Shown here: piece after piece, positions 63,413 to 64,000 of the stretch
Layout of the letters: each line of letters starts with the position of its first letter
How positions within the stretch are numbered: position 1 is the first letter of the stretch
Origin: Macrostomum lignano
Lineage: Eukaryota
Direction of reading: 5' to 3'
DNA: 64,000 nt
Assembly: GCA_002269645.1 (NCBI GenBank)
Contig: NIVC01000275.1
Location: 248,001-312,000, forward strand
Program-made: the position numbers and the translations under genes
The notes under the pieces: model-generated
Database searches by the model: none
What the model was told of the DNA's origin: nothing
Seen by the model: only the letters and a program-made list of their open reading frames with translations

Positions 63413-63850
63413 CACAGGAACGGAGCTAGTCACTTCACAGTGACCCAACACTGACCCCCCATAGACTCAAAATTGGCTTGCCCAGGTGGCGTGTGCGCGT
63501 TTTAGTGCTGCACTTATTTAATCAAGGGCCAGAGCTGACGCTGCGCCCCAGATCCGCTGAGCTGCTCTGTTGCTCCATCGCTTCTTCCCTCTCGCTAAAC
63601 ATTTGTTTGTTGTTTCTGGGCGCCCCATCATCTCCCCCGGCTATTGTGTCCCCAGCCTCCGCTCTCCATCGCCTCCAGCAGCCCCCCAACCTTGCCGCCG
63701 CCTACGAAGTCAGGACTTTTGTTTTAAAAAGAAGGCAGCTGAGAAAGCTTTGACTTCAGCAATTTGAGACCCATCAAATGGAGTTGGCCGGTCGCATCCC
63801 CCCTGCCGAGTCTTTGTCAGTTTCCAGCCCCCTTGTCTGAGCCAGCGGCC

Positions 63851-64000
63851 ATGTTCCTGTGGAAGGTCTGCAGTCTCATTCACGAGCGCAAAATTTTAGT
63901 GGAAGAGGAGCGCAGGCTGAACCGAGTCAGCCAGGACCCCATCGAAGCTGCCGCCTTCGTGAAGGAGCACCGGCGCAGGACCCGGAACAAGGAGCTGCAG
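63851..64000 (+). CDS. Start of an unidentified coding exon running off the window end
   Basis: GCCATG followed by 50 open codons with GC3 bias (MFLWKVCSLIHERKILVEEERRLNRVSQDPIEAAAFVKEHRRRTRNKELQ). Confidence 0.55.
   Translation, partial: MFLWKVCSLIHERKILVEEERRLNRVSQDPIEAAAFVKEHRRRTRNKELQ

Overview
This is eukaryotic (metazoan) genomic DNA with spliceosomal introns, GC3-rich exons and very dense mini/microsatellite arrays. That style is suggestive of a free-living flatworm such as Macrostomum (inference only). Genes reconstructed by hand from splice sites and reading-frame phase: (1) a 2-exon FMRFamide-receptor-like class A GPCR (+, 2222-11679); (2) a 6-exon single-domain angiotensin-converting enzyme (-, 15738-37304) with a probable GPI signal and a 17.5-kb first intron; (3) two tandem PHYHD1 copies (-); (4) an unknown ~274-aa gene (-); (5) a tandem pair of unrecognised 5-exon type I membrane proteins with 8 conserved Cys and a shared cytoplasmic motif (+, 53530-60455). 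ACE intron 1 holds a nested set of mobile elements: an outer CCCAGTGG-ended element, an apparently intact CMC/EnSpm-like transposon (TA TSD, transposase plus a divergent 6-exon accessory gene), a foldback/Mutator-like element with a 9-bp TSD, hAT MITEs and a Gypsy fragment. It also holds a candidate antisense micro-exon gene for a secreted peptide. Elsewhere there is a full-length but defective Gypsy LTR retrotransposon interrupted by a solo LTR, tRNA-derived SINEs, a LINE 3' fragment and over 20 tandem arrays. Most of the long ORFs in the supplied track are translations of tandem repeats.
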